DNA from: Octopus sinensis
Taxonomy: Eukaryota
DNA length: 64,000 nt
Direction: 5' to 3'
Assembly: GCF_006345805.1 (NCBI RefSeq)
Contig: NC_043000.1
Span: 41,540,001-41,604,000 of the forward strand
Shown: positions 50,084 through 63,074 of the stretch, piece by piece
Layout of the letters: each line of letters opens with the position of its first letter
Numbering within the stretch: position 1 is the first letter of the stretch
Position numbers and translations under genes: made by a program
Notes under the pieces: model-generated
Told to the model about the DNA's origin: nothing
The model's input: the letters and a program-made list of their open reading frames with translations, nothing else
Database searches by the model: none

Positions 50084-51754
50084 GAACACAGAAATAAACA
50101 GGGAGAGAAAATAGAAAAAGGTATAGTGGCTCAACTATGTATGTATGTATGTATGTATGTATGTATGTATGTATGTATGTATGTATGTATGTATGTATGC
50201 GTACGTGTGTATGTATGTATGTATGTGTGTATGTATGTATGTATGTATGTATGTATGTATGTATGTATGTATGTATGTATGTATGTATGCATGTATGTAT
50301 GTATGTATGTACAAGAGCAGAATGGCCGAATGGCTAAATTGTTGTCTTTCCAATTGCAAGATACCGATTTCGATCCCACTGTGTAGTGTCGTTGACAAAT
50401 ATTTTCTATAGCTTCGGATCGACCCATACAGCGTGATTCAAATGATTTAAACTGAAACAATACAAAATTCCAGCAGATGGATTGAACCTATAACTCAAAA
50501 TGCACAGCTTTGTCATCCACTGTATCGTACTCATTCCGCCTGAGAATTGCGTTAAAGGTATACATACCAGAGGAATCTTCAGTCACACACATGGTAATTC
50601 AGGTGCAAGGAATTCAGTCGATCGAACAACTATATCATCACCATCACCATCGAAGTAGACGAAAAGTCATCTGTATGTATGTAATATATGTGTGTGAGGG
50701 CGTGTGTGTAGGTCTGAGTGTGCGTGTGTATTTGTGTGTGTATTTGTATGTATGTGTGTGTTTATTAGTTTGCCTCCCAACCACATGGTTTCAGGTTCAG
50801 TTCCACTGCCTGGTATCATGGGTAAGTGTCTTCTACTATAGCCATGGACCGATCAAAACCTTGAGAGTGAATTTGATAAATGGAAACAGAAAGAAGCTCC
50901 TTGTATACATGTATATATTGATATACATGTAAGTGTGTGGGCAGGGGGCGCATGCGTGCAGTAGGCATTCTATATCACGCAACCGTGTCACTGATAACCC
51001 GGATATATAATCCTAGCTACGCTTTGCGGTTGTATATCCGCGTGATCAGCAACCTTTGACTTCAAATTCTTTAGAAGGGTGTGCTTCTTTTGACAATAAT
51101 ATGATAGCTCATATACAATTTACGTTCATGAAATCTTAAGCAATGTGAAGGCGAGTCAATCTGCTATAAATACAAGCAGCTCCAACTAATGTGTTTGGTG
51201 TTACTCTCAAGCTTATGTTCAGTTGTGTATGTATGAATCTGCGTTTGTAAGTATGTGTGTCTGTGTGTGTGTTTGTGTGTGTGTATGTGTGTGTGTGTGT
51301 GTGTGTGTTTGTAGGAGTGTTTATATATGTATATATATATTGATAGATAGATAAATCTATATGTGCAGAAACTATGTGGATTCTGACCGCCATAGCTGAT
51401 GAAAGGTATCCCAAGCTAAACTGCCTTTTCCCCTTGTTTTCATATTCCTCTTAGATTTTCTTGATAAAGTTGTACTTGTGTATACATACATACATACATA
51501 CATAGGGTAAATAGAGGAGCATATACTTAAACACTACTATTCACTACATAAGAGAATATGAAATATTTATCAGGAGTTATCTCACTTGACATCAAGATTT
51601 CTCAGTGACTATACACCACCTTAGGTGCTATATAAATAAAGTCAGATATTTATGTAAACACACACTATGCAGTAATTATTGACATTACGAGATATTGATA
51701 TGTAAATCATCAACAAACGGATAAAGAAAACGAAGTGCTCACTTAATATATCAC

Positions 51755-52020
51755 AATAATGATGGAATCTCCTTCAGCTTTTGCCGAACCTGTGCGAATG
51801 ATTTGTTCATAGCGATCAAATATTCGTGCTACATATTAGATCACTCTCATCATGAAATCGACGTTATCTGAACAGGTGCCCTGTGTGCCACGCGTCATGT
51901 GTCGAAGTGATCGCAGAGCAACGTGAGATGGAGAGTTTTGCTCAAGAATACAATGCACCACCCGGTTTTGGAAATGAAATTACGATCGCTAGATCGTGCG
52001 TGCAACACCCTAACCCCTAA
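51755..52020 (-). mobile_element. tRNA-type SINE, degraded
   Basis: Minus strand gggttagggtgttgc..gtattcttgagcaaaactct..cacgttgctctgcgatcacttcgac. Confidence 0.65.
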
Positions 52021-52060
52021 GCCATGCAACATTTACATAATAATAATAATAGTAATAATG

Positions 52061-52124
<64 letters not shown>

Positions 52125-52125
<1 letters not shown>

Positions 52126-53470
52126 TGGTCAATTACTGAAATATGTCAGCTCGACAGAAAAATAAGAAAACTGTTGACAATGCATAGAATGCACCACCCT
52201 AAGGCAGATACAGAACGACTTTATCTGCCATGAAAAGAGGGAGGCTGTGGTCTTTTGCAACTGGCAATAACAATGAAGATTGCTACAATTGGCCTAGACA
52301 CCTACCTGAAAAAGTCTGAGGACTGGATGTTAAAACTTGTCTCAAAACATGAAAACAAGAAAGCATCATACTCAGTAACAAAACAGGCAAAGGAATATCT
52401 AAGTGAATTCCGAATACAACAAATTTCAGAATTAGAGATAGACATACAAGAAACAAGCACAGAAAAAGCTAGGCGCATGAAAACCCGTGCCAAAACTGCG
52501 GCCTTAGATATTCTGAATAATAAATGGCAAGAAAAACCTCTCTATAGCAAATACCCAAAGAGAACGAATAATGCAGATATTGACAAAGCCCTGACCCATC
52601 AATGGCTAATGGCCTCTGGCTTAAAATCTGAAACAGAAGGGTTTATCATAGCAGCTCAAGAAACTACCAGGCCAACATATTAAAGAATGGCAGTAGCCCA
52701 ACATGTCGTGTATGTCGACAACAAAATCAAACCATTGATCATGTTGTCTCCAAATGCAGTCTTCTAGCGCCAACAGAGTACCTCAACAGGCATGATAGAG
52801 CTGCACAATATATTCACTGGGTAATTTGCAACAACCTGGATTTGCCCCATGAAAAAACTGGTGGGAACACAATCCACCTCCAGTGCTTGAAAATGACCAC
52901 ATCTCACTCCTCTGGAACTTCCCCATTCAAACTGACAGAAAGATAGATGCAAATAGGCCAGACATCATATTGAAAGACTTCAGACAAAGAACATGCCTCC
53001 TCATTGATATGACTGTCCCAATCGATATAAACGTATCTGTCAAGACCTACCAAAAACTGAGCAAATATAAAGATCTTGAAATAGAAATCAGCAAAATGTG
53101 GAACCTGAAGACTAAAACAATACCTGTTGTCATAGGTGCCCTGGGAATGATAGCGAAAGGGGCTGATTGCTACCTAACTCAGATACCAGGAAACCCCAAA
53201 ATGGCAGAAATTCAAAAGATAGTGCTCATTGGAACTGCTCATATCCTACGCAAAATACTCTCTATGTAATCCCAAGGTTTAAAACAATTTTAAAAAAATT
53301 TATGTATTAGACATTCACTAGTACAACACAAAAAAAAACCCGAATATATGGCACACTAGGCATAACAACAACGTGAACTTCCAACCTGTTGTCTCTTGAG
53401 GTCTCTGGGTGAGACTTGGAGCCAACTTGTACAGACATAAAGCAAAAGTCAAACATAGAATAATAATAAT
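52125..53470 (+). mobile_element. 5'-truncated R4/Dong-like LINE (post-RT region, CCHC finger, REL, 3' UTR)
   Basis: RKIRKLLTMHRMHHPKADTERLYLP*..GLKSETEGFIIAAQ..CRVC..TIDHVVSKC..RHD..WNFPIQTDRKIDANRPDII..KYKDL..PVVIGALG..ILRKILSM*. (AAT)n on both sides. Confidence 0.92.
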
Positions 53471-53474
53471 AATA

Positions 53475-53880
53475 TATTGATGCAATACCTGGCTGTGTTC
53501 TCATGACTTCAGATCTTAACTGATTGGAAGTGTTATCTTGTACATGGGGGTGAAAGATGGGCTACAACAAGTATTCTGCTCAATGTCACAGATTTTCTTG
53601 TCAGTTGCTTGACCTTAACTGTTTGAGTATGTTCCTTAGTGGCTGACAATTTGTGCATCTCTGATAGTGGAGTAGCAGCTTCGCCATGTGTTGAAAGGAA
53701 TTCCGTGGGGCTTGAATAATTCACCTCTGGAAACATCGGTGTTTTACTCATCAGCCTTAAATAATTCTTATTCAGAGACCTTTTGAGTGGGATGAGCCTC
53801 ACCTGCAAGGTCATGCGCTGTTTATTTTGATATGGGATCACCATGTCGGGTGATCACTGCTCTCTCCCACTCAATAATTC
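53475..53880 (+). mobile_element. Family D element, old and internally deleted
   Basis: gatgcaatacctggc..gatcttaactgattggaagtgttatc...ctctctcccactcaataat. Confidence 0.8.
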
Positions 53881-54189
53881 AATAATAATAAGTGTTTAGG
53901 AAAAGTATTGAGAAATACGTTCAAACACAATACAGGCAAAACAAAGTTTTGTATGTTTAATTACATGATAGTTGTTACTGTTATGGCTACAGTATAACTT
54001 CATACAGCAAAATCATTTCATGCGCTGGATAAACATACGGAACTCTGTTAGTGTATAAAATTTATATAAGAATTTACACAATAAGAAGATGGTGATGGGG
54101 AACAAGCTTTAATTGCATATTACGATATTTGTTTCTGTGCCTTTAGAGTAATCTACGCGATGGAGTACTGCTTACCTCTCAACAACATC

Positions 54190-54478
54190 ATTGCGTGGGA
54201 CCTTGGGCAAGTGTCTTCTATAACCTCGGTCTGACCAAAGCCTTGTCAGTGGACGTGGTAGACGGTAAGTGGAATAAGCTCATCGTAAATATATATATAT
54301 ACGTGTGCGTGAGTCTACGTCCCCGTAACTTAGCGGTTCGACAAAAGATACCGATAGAATAAGTACCAGACTTTAAGAAACAATAACGAATGCGGTCGAT
54401 TCATTCGACAAAAACAATTCATGGAGGCGCCCCAGCTTTGCAGCAGTCTAATGATCGGAACAAGTAAAAAAAAAAAGA
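54190..54478 (+). mobile_element. SINE family A, degraded
   Basis: gcgtgggaccttgggcaagtgtcttcta..cgtccccgtaacttagcggttcg..aacaagtaaaa. Confidence 0.8.
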
Positions 54479-54602
54479 GGAAATTATTTATAAAATAACT
54501 TTATGTTATAGTATGAGAATGAAAACGTAAAGCTGGTGGGACGGCACAGAAACAAATGTCGTAATTTATAATTAAAACCCGTTTTTTTTCCAGCTTCTTG
54601 TT

Positions 54603-54718
<116 letters not shown>

Positions 54719-54967
54719 ATATATATATATATGTATGTATATATGCATATGTATATATGCACGAGTGATTGTATTTTTGTTTTTTGTATGTTTATCAGAG
54801 AGTGCGAGTGCGCGTGCATAAGCACGCGTTATCATAAACGGAAATCAATAAGAGCTAATATCCTTGATAAGTCTCGACACACTTGACACACTATATGTAC
54901 ATCTTTTTCAACCATTCTCCCCCTTTCTCTTTTTTTCTTTCTTTCTTTCTTTCTTGCTTGCTTGCTT

Positions 54968-55000
<33 letters not shown>

Positions 55001-55134
55001 CTCTCTCTCCCACTCTCTCTCTCTCTCTCACTCTCTCTTTCAATGTATCAATAAAGGTATATATATATATACATACATACTCACACATGCATCTATGTAT
55101 ATACGTATATACATAAAGATATATATATATACAG

Positions 55135-55178
<44 letters not shown>

Positions 55179-55599
55179 CTCACACATGCATCTATGTATA
55201 TACGTATATACGCATGTACGTTTGTGCCTGTGTATGTATACATACTCACATACACTCACACACACACATATACATATATGCGTGTACGCACCCGTATATG
55301 CATACACGCAGATACAGAGGAATACACACACGTATACATGCAAATAGATATACATACTTCCATGCATATAGATATCTGTGTTTATTTATGTGGGTGTATA
55401 TTTGTATACTAGTGTAGGACGATGCATCGACTAGCATCCATTTTTGTCAGCGGTTTCCTTAGCGAATCGATGAAAAGAGACCGATACAATAAGGTGCTGG
55501 GTGAATATGATTAAAAGTAACAAGTATATTTTGCCGTATTCTCGAATGAACCATAACGCCTACGATTGGATTCATAATTTCAGTAAACCACACACCTCT

Positions 55600-55679
<80 letters not shown>

Positions 55680-55682
<3 letters not shown>

Positions 55683-55823
55683 GTATTTAGGAATGGTCAT
55701 TTTGCCAGTTTAGCCAATAAAAACACACGCACTATATATTTGGTGTTACTTTGCTTCAGCGTTATTTATTTTTTACATTAATCTTAATCTTATTTCGGCA
55801 AAATGACCATTCCTAAATACAAC
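55680..55823. mobile_element. Short element with perfect 27-bp terminal inverted repeats between (TA)n tracts
   Basis: gttgtatttaggaatggtcattttgcc (55680-55706) and ggcaaaatgaccattcctaaatacaac (55797-55823). Confidence 0.75.
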
Positions 55824-55866
55824 AATATCTGTTTCAACACACGATTTCACATCAAAAATCTTGCAA

Positions 55867-55917
<51 letters not shown>

Positions 55918-56049
55918 TTTACATGTACCACGTCTGCGCGTTGTTTTTTTGTGATTGTTCTTCGGGTTTTTTCTGGGCGGGGGGAATTTACTATATATAT
56001 ATACGTACATATGAACAGTTACATAGTTATACGGTTATACCGCCAAGTA

Positions 56050-56260
56050 CATATATGGTTTCAAATTTTAGTACAAGGCCAGCAGTTTTTTTTAGTAAAG
56101 GTGCCTTGTTTATTACATGGACCACGGTACTTGACTGGTACATTTTTTTATCAACCCCGAAACGATGAAAGGCAAAGTCGACTTTGGTGGTATTTGAGCA
56201 CAGAACGTACAGACGGATAAAATGCCGATAAGCATTCTAACGATTCTGGCAGTTCACTTT
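56050..56260 (-). mobile_element. SINE family B-related
   Basis: ggtttcaaattttagtacaaggccagc..atgaaaggcaaagtcgac..ctaacgattctggcag. Confidence 0.8.
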
Positions 56261-56289
56261 ATATATGAACATGGGCTTGAATTTGGTGT

Positions 56290-57484
56290 TGCTTCACTTG
56301 CTCTGTTACATTCGAGCTGCATTTGTAAGGTGCATGCAGGGATTGCATTTATTGTGTGACATCATTTATTACCGAATACTGAAACACATGTAACATATGT
56401 CATAAAGTAATAGTAAGTTGAACCACAATCTTCTCTCTCGTTATTGATGTGCTCTTTATGTTACGTTATAAGCCTCCTCAGCCTGTACAAAGATGCGACA
56501 TGAGATCTCCCACGCAGAAGATACGCCCAAAGAACATCACAATTTGGGGTAACTTAGTTTTCATGATGCGTGGAACATTACCTGGATTGTAGGCACGCTA
56601 CCAGTTGTTCTGGTTATTGTGCAACAAGTTCTGGCAGAATCACTTTTTATCTGAGGGGAATTAGATCATCGCCACTACAATAGGATGCTTCAGTTAGTTC
56701 AGAAACATTTTTTGCATCCGTCAAGTGGTTCTCCTTCGTTTTGGCTGTCATAATTTTTTCCTTGCGCTTCTTGTACGAGTGGTTGCGAAGGTTCTCGTTT
56801 AGAGTCAGATTTATGGTGTCAATTCCAACACCAATCTCTCTCACCAAAGCTCGGATCTCCCATTATTTTGTGCTGTAGTTATTAAATGAATACCTATTTC
56901 TTTATTACCCACAAGGGGCTAAACACAGAGGGGACAAACAAGGATACATAGATATTAAGTCGATTACATCGACCCCAGTGCGTAACTGGTACTTAATTTG
57001 TCGACCCCGAAATGATGAAAGGTAAAGTCGACCTCGGCGGAATTTGAACTCACAACGTAACGCAGACGAAATACCGCTAAGCATTTCGTCCGGCGTGCTA
57101 ACGTTTCTACCAGCTCGCCGCCTTATTAAATGAATGCCGTCAAGCAGACGCATTGGAAATGCGTTCAGTGTCTCTTCCTGCAAGCCGCAGCCTCGTAGTC
57201 TCAACTGCAGCTGTCCATGTCACGCTTTACAGCCTTTACAGTGTTAACAGAGTATTGAGCAGCAGTGATGATATCAGTATTTTGATATCTGGATCGAATC
57301 ATCCTGATACGAGTAAAACATTTTCTCTTATCTAAATGACTTCCATTCCTCCATGTCAGCTAAACTTTTCTCAACTACAGATTTAAACTTTATGCTCTCC
57401 AACGCCGTGGACTGTTCGCCAGTACATCAAGCTGTTCCGAAAATAAAAAACAAAATACATCATATGTTGTCCGTACATCCTGTA
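56290..57484 (-). mobile_element. DD37D/maT-like transposon relic interrupted by a SINE
   Basis: LVREIGVGIDTINLTL..SYKKRK..SDKK*FCQ..HNNQNNW..VPRIMKTK.PQIVMFFG; 5' TIR-like tacaggatgtacggacaa at ~57467-57484. Confidence 0.78.
56895..57122 (-). mobile_element. SINE family B, full length, 16-bp TSD
   Basis: ttattaaatgaatacc (56879-56894) and ttattaaatgaatgcc (57123-57138). Confidence 0.95.
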
Positions 57485-58933
57485 TGTGTAGAATGAATTT
57501 GGTACATCATTATTATTAGTTACACTTGTTTCAGTAGCAATCTGCTTTCAACAGTGTTGCACCTAAATGATTTCACGTGAAAAGTTATGCGCAATATTTG
57601 CAGTTGATTACTATGAAGTGGCAATGGGGTTCAGTGATGCTCCTACACTACAGTCTCAAGAAGGATTTTAAGAGATAAATTTAGTCACTATCACTCTACA
57701 CATTTTCGCTATGGTTCTTTCTGTTTTGGGTACTTTGATAAATTTGACATCGTGTTAGTCTGTACTTGCACAAAATGCAACGCCATCAAACACCTATCAT
57801 CTAGATGTGAAGCAACATTTTTATCTATGAGTAATTACCTTACCAACTCGACCGTTTCTTAACAACGATGAAGTTGCCTGAATTTATAAATATTGTATAT
57901 ATACGAGCTCGCATGTGTTAGGGCGGGGAAGAGAGAGAGGGAAAGAGAGAGAGAGTGTGTCTGTGTGTGGGTGTACACAGTGAGAGAGAGAGAGAGGAAA
58001 AGAGAAGAGAGAGGGAGTGTCATAAAAATAATTTTTCTGCAAGCTGCGTGTATTTGTTGTCATCTGAGAATATGCAATAAGTAAAGATAATAGATTGCTT
58101 GCAGGTAATGAATATTCCAGAAACCTAGAAACCGACCAATTTTATGTTTTCAATTTACTATTCTGAATATTTCGTTCCTTTATTCTATTGGAGAAACCAC
58201 ATGGCTCTAAATGAGAATATATGGCACAATGATATACTAGGACATAAAGGTTTCTATTCAGAATTGAAATTACAATAGTCCAGTTATTATTCACGTTCTT
58301 TCTTAGCAAGAGCTAAAACTAGGATAGCCTTCTCTGCTATGCTGGGTATATATGTATTAATAGATTATATTATATGCTCTATGATGATGGTAAAATAGCG
58401 AACCCTGGAGATACATTTTCTTTGAGAAGAGAAAAGATAGAAGAGAGAGATAGGATACGTCCAGTCCTTAGGACAGTCCAGAAAGAAAAGAAAGATGGTC
58501 ATAACGACCCTCCATGTTTGTTTTTGTTCCCAACTTTGACTCTCCATAAATCCCAAATTTTATTTTGGTAATTATAGAAGCAACTGTCTTCGAAGACTCG
58601 TATTTTCGTTCAATGCTCGAAATGAAGAGTAGATACACAGCCGACAATTGATGAAAGGTTGTTCTTTATGTTATTTGTCCTGTTTCTCATTTGTTTCTCA
58701 GGTTGTTTGCGTATTGAACTAATTTATTTTCTTATTTCATGTTATTTACTGTTGGTGACGTCCTGTACCTGTATATGCATATGCTTTTATATATAAATAT
58801 ATATACACATACATATGTATACATGTATGTATATATATGTAGACATGCATATAAATATACAGGTATATTTATATACATTTACATATATACATACATATAT
58901 ATATATATAGATAGATATACATGTATATAGGTA

Positions 58934-58968
<35 letters not shown>

Positions 58969-59261
58969 ATGTATATATATATACACATATATATACATAT
59001 ACACACATATATATATATACATATACACAATATATATATATATGTATATATACATCATCATCACCATCATCATCACTATTTAACGTCCGTTTTCCATGCT
59101 GGAATGAGTTGGTAAGTTTGAGCGTGATCTGAAAAGCCAGCGGCTGCGCCGGGCTCCAATCTGATCTGGAAATGCTTTTATACATACATACATACATACA
59201 TACATACATACATAAATACATACATACATACATACATACATACATACATACATACATACAT

Positions 59262-59643
59262 GGTTGGCACTCGGTCGGTTACGACGACTAGGGTTCCAGC
59301 TGATCCGATCAACGGAACAGCCTGCTCGTGATATTAACGTGCAAGTCACTGAGCACTCTACAGACACGTCTACCCTTAACGTAGTTCTCGGGGAGATTCA
59401 GCGTGACACAGAGAGTGACAAGGCTGGCCCTTTGAAATACAGATACAACAGAAACAGGAAGAAAGAGTGAGAGAAAGTTGTGGTGAAAGAGTACAGCAGG
59501 GTTCGCCACCATCCCCTGCCGGAGTCACGTGGAACTTTAGGAGTTTTCGCTCAATAAACATTCACAACGCCAGGTCTGGGAATCGAAACCGCTATCCTAC
59601 GAACGCGAGTCCGCTGCCCTAACCACTGGGCCATTGCACTTCC
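59262..59643 (-). mobile_element. SINE family C in (TACA)n
   Basis: Nearly collinear with 32702-33077. Confidence 0.92.
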
Positions 59644-59656
59644 ATACGTACGTACA

Positions 59657-59690
<34 letters not shown>

Positions 59691-59714
59691 GATAGATAGA
59701 TATATGTATGTATA

Positions 59715-60118
59715 TATTATTTTATTCTTTTACTTGTTTCAGTCATTTCACTGTGGCCATGCTGCTGAAGCACCGCCTTTTTAGTCGGGCAAATCGATCC
59801 CAGGACTTATTCTTTGTAAGCCCAGTACTTATTCTATCGGTCGCTTTTGCCGAACCGCTATTTTACTGGGACGTAAACACACCAGCATCGGTTATCAAGC
59901 GATGTTGGTGGGGGGGGGGGGACAAATACACACACACACATATGTATATATACATACATACGACGGGCTTCGTTCAGTTTCCGTCGAGCAAATACACTCA
60001 CAAGGCTTTGGTCAGCCCGAGGCTATAGTAGAAGACACTCGCCCAAGGTGCGACGCAGTGAGACTGAACTCAGAACCATGAGGTTGGTAAACAAGCTACT
60101 TATCACACAGTCACTCTT
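59715..60118 (-). mobile_element. SINE family A
   Basis: ttcttttacttgtttcagtcattt...acacagtcactcttgc. Confidence 0.9.
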
Positions 60119-60599
60119 GCGTCTATGTATATATAAATATATATATGTGAATCAAAATAAGCAACAAGGATATCCAGAGGTAATGCAGTACGATCGTTTC
60201 ACACCACTCCATTTAATTGAACAATACAACCATTTGATCAATTTAAATGCTTGTCAGGGAGACGGTGTTGATGAGGAACAGGCAGTTATTACAAAGAAGC
60301 CGGCAACAAGAAAAGGATATATGATTTGGCGTGATCAAACTTGGGAGGTGGACTTGGATGATGGTTATCCATAGTGAATGAATAAAAGGATTATGCAGTG
60401 TGTCTGGGTCTCAAAGTCTTGGTCGTAGATACACAAACGGCGAAAGCAGAGGAACTGGGAGTAAGAAATTTCTCGGTGAGTGAGACTATGTTAGATATAA
60501 GTGAGTGTCGTTGAGAGTTTGTGCGTGAAGTTTGTGGGTGAAGTGAATATCAGAGATGCTGTACCCTACGTAGAAATGACATTAACCACTTAAAAGCAT

Positions 60600-60925
60600 T
60601 ACAAGCTCTTCTCCTGGTAGGGATTAAAGCTATCGCAATTTTGATAACACTTCCGTGTGTCCAGCTGAGATCTCAGCTTCACAAGCGTTTCGTCCCTTAC
60701 CTTGTATACTTCGCCTGAGTGGAACAACGAGAACTGAATTAGTCTTAACCTGCGGAAAGGTTCCTTCTAAAGTCTCTTATTAACCACAATCACTTTAGAC
60801 TTCTTTCAATTGGCCATAGCTATTTCCTTCGTGATTCATTCAGTTTTCTGGATGCAAGCCAATCTTTTGTAAGCAATAGCGCACCGATCGTGCTGGAAAA
60901 CCACAGCAGCCGACCTCAATAGCTA
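60600..60925 (-). mobile_element. C-terminus and 3' UTR of a HERO/R2-superfamily REL retrotransposon
   Basis: IEVGCCGFPARSVRYCLQKIGL..TKEIAMA..ERSLK*LWLIR resembles the IEVGCRGF..AAExxSxWLW terminal motif. Confidence 0.55.
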
Positions 60926-61149
60926 GTGAGCTTGCGTGACATCTTCTGACAAGATCCTCATTAACAAAGTTCTGTATATGGCTTTCTTCATTTGGTGAGA
61001 AATGTGAAGCCAGCCCCACTGGCCAAATTGAATATACAGTATATGTTTAATGCAATATATGTACAATATATTATACATGTTACAATAAATGTGTAATATA
61101 TGAAATATATTATATTTCGGCGAAGGAGTGGCTATCGACGAATGCATGG

Positions 61150-62045
61150 TTATAGGCGCAGGCGTGGCTTTGTGCTTAGGCGGGACTGAACGGTTGAGAA
61201 GCTTCCTCCAAAACCGCTTTGTCATAGGTTCAGTTCCACTGTGTGGAACCTTACGCAAGTATATTCTAAGATAGCACAATGCCAACCGAAGGCTTGTGAG
61301 TGGATTTGATACGTGGAAACTGAAAGATGTCAGTCATATGTGTGTATCTGTGAGCATGTGTGTGCGCGCGTGCGCACGCTTGCGTATGTGTTTGTGATTG
61401 ACCCCCACCACCGGTTGAGAACCTGTGTTAGTTTGTTTATGACCCCCATGCACTAACGGTTGCAAAAAAGACTGATAAAATAACTACCAGGTTTTAAAAA
61501 AAAGTATTGTTGTCGATTTGCGCGACTAAATCCCTGAAGTTGGCGGAACCCCTGCATGGCTGCAGTCCTATTATTGAAACAAGTGGAAAGATATTAAAAT
61601 GATAATATGCACACTATATAGGTTTCAAATTTTGGCACAAGGATAGCGATTTCGAAGGAGGTGGGCGTAAATAGATTACATCGATTTCCGTGCTCACCTG
61701 GTACATATTTTATCGACCCTGAAAGGGTGAAAGGCAAAGTCAACCTCAGAGGAATTTGAGCTCAGACTGAAGAAATTCTACCAAGCATTTTGTCCGATAT
61801 GCTAACGATTCTACTAGCTCATTACCTTAAATAAGCATAATAAATTGACTTCCAATTTTGACATTAGACCAAAAATTTCGTGGGGTGGGGCTAAGCCGAT
61901 TACACCGACCCCAGCGTTCAATTGTACTTATTTAATCGACGCTGAAAGGGATGAAAGACTGAGTCAACCTCGGCGGAATTTGAACTCAGATCTTAAAGAC
62001 GGAGGAAATACCGCTGAGTATTTTCCCCGGCGTACTAAAGATTAT
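61150..62045. mobile_element. Degraded SINE cluster: family A (+, 61150-61600) and two family B-related copies (-, 61620-61830 and 61850-62045)
   Basis: Recognisable but diverged head, centre and tail motifs. Confidence 0.75.
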
Positions 62046-62698
62046 CCAATACGTTTATCATTTATTTTATTTGAACAACGAGCGGTAAGAAGTAATGAGG
62101 AGATTTTTGGTTGCGGTTTCTAGCAAGACGAAACCTGTGGTTTACTCCTCTGTTGCCCGTGAGGGTTTCACTGCTTTTGTTGTTTTTTATTCGTGTTCTT
62201 TCTTTAATGGTCGATGTTGCTTTACTATTGTCCTTGTTTTTTTATGGTTTGACTGTCGTTCTTTTTCTTACATATGTTGTTGTCCATGATGGTGATATCG
62301 GTGATGATGGTGGTGGGGTGCGTTAAGTATATTCATATTTTTTTTATTTCTCAAAAGCAATGAAATGACTTTGCTATTTTCAGTCAATCAGACACATCAG
62401 TACTAAATGCCTATTTTTTTTTTTTTTTTTTGCTTTTGCTTTTTCTTTTCTTTCTAATTATGAGATGTTCTCATTTTTCGCTTTGTTTTTCTTCTTTTAG
62501 TGTGTCACATCGCACCGAAGTGCGCGCGGGTACATACATGCGCACGCACACAGACAAACACATATGCATAAAAGCGAAACAAAGCATTTTTTCTTTTCTT
62601 TCTCTTTTGTCCAGGAGGACACACTTCTACGTGTGTTCAAAGACACGCCTGAGTGCTATTGCGAAAATAGAAAAGAAATACACCGATACACACCTACA

Positions 62699-62750
<52 letters not shown>

Positions 62751-63025
62751 GCGTGGAGGTGTGTCAATGTATATATATATACACACACGCACACGTATAT
62801 ATAGATGCATTTATACATATGTATATTATAATATACAAAAACTCAGTTGTGTATATAGGTATATAACATATAATATACATGCATATATACGTATTTATAT
62901 ATTTATCTATGTACACACACGCACACACACATCCCAAACTCGAAACATTAAGAGTGGATTGTCAACTTTTGGTCGGTTTAATAAATATATGTGCATTTAT
63001 ATAATCTTATATATATATATATATA

Positions 63026-63074
<49 letters not shown>

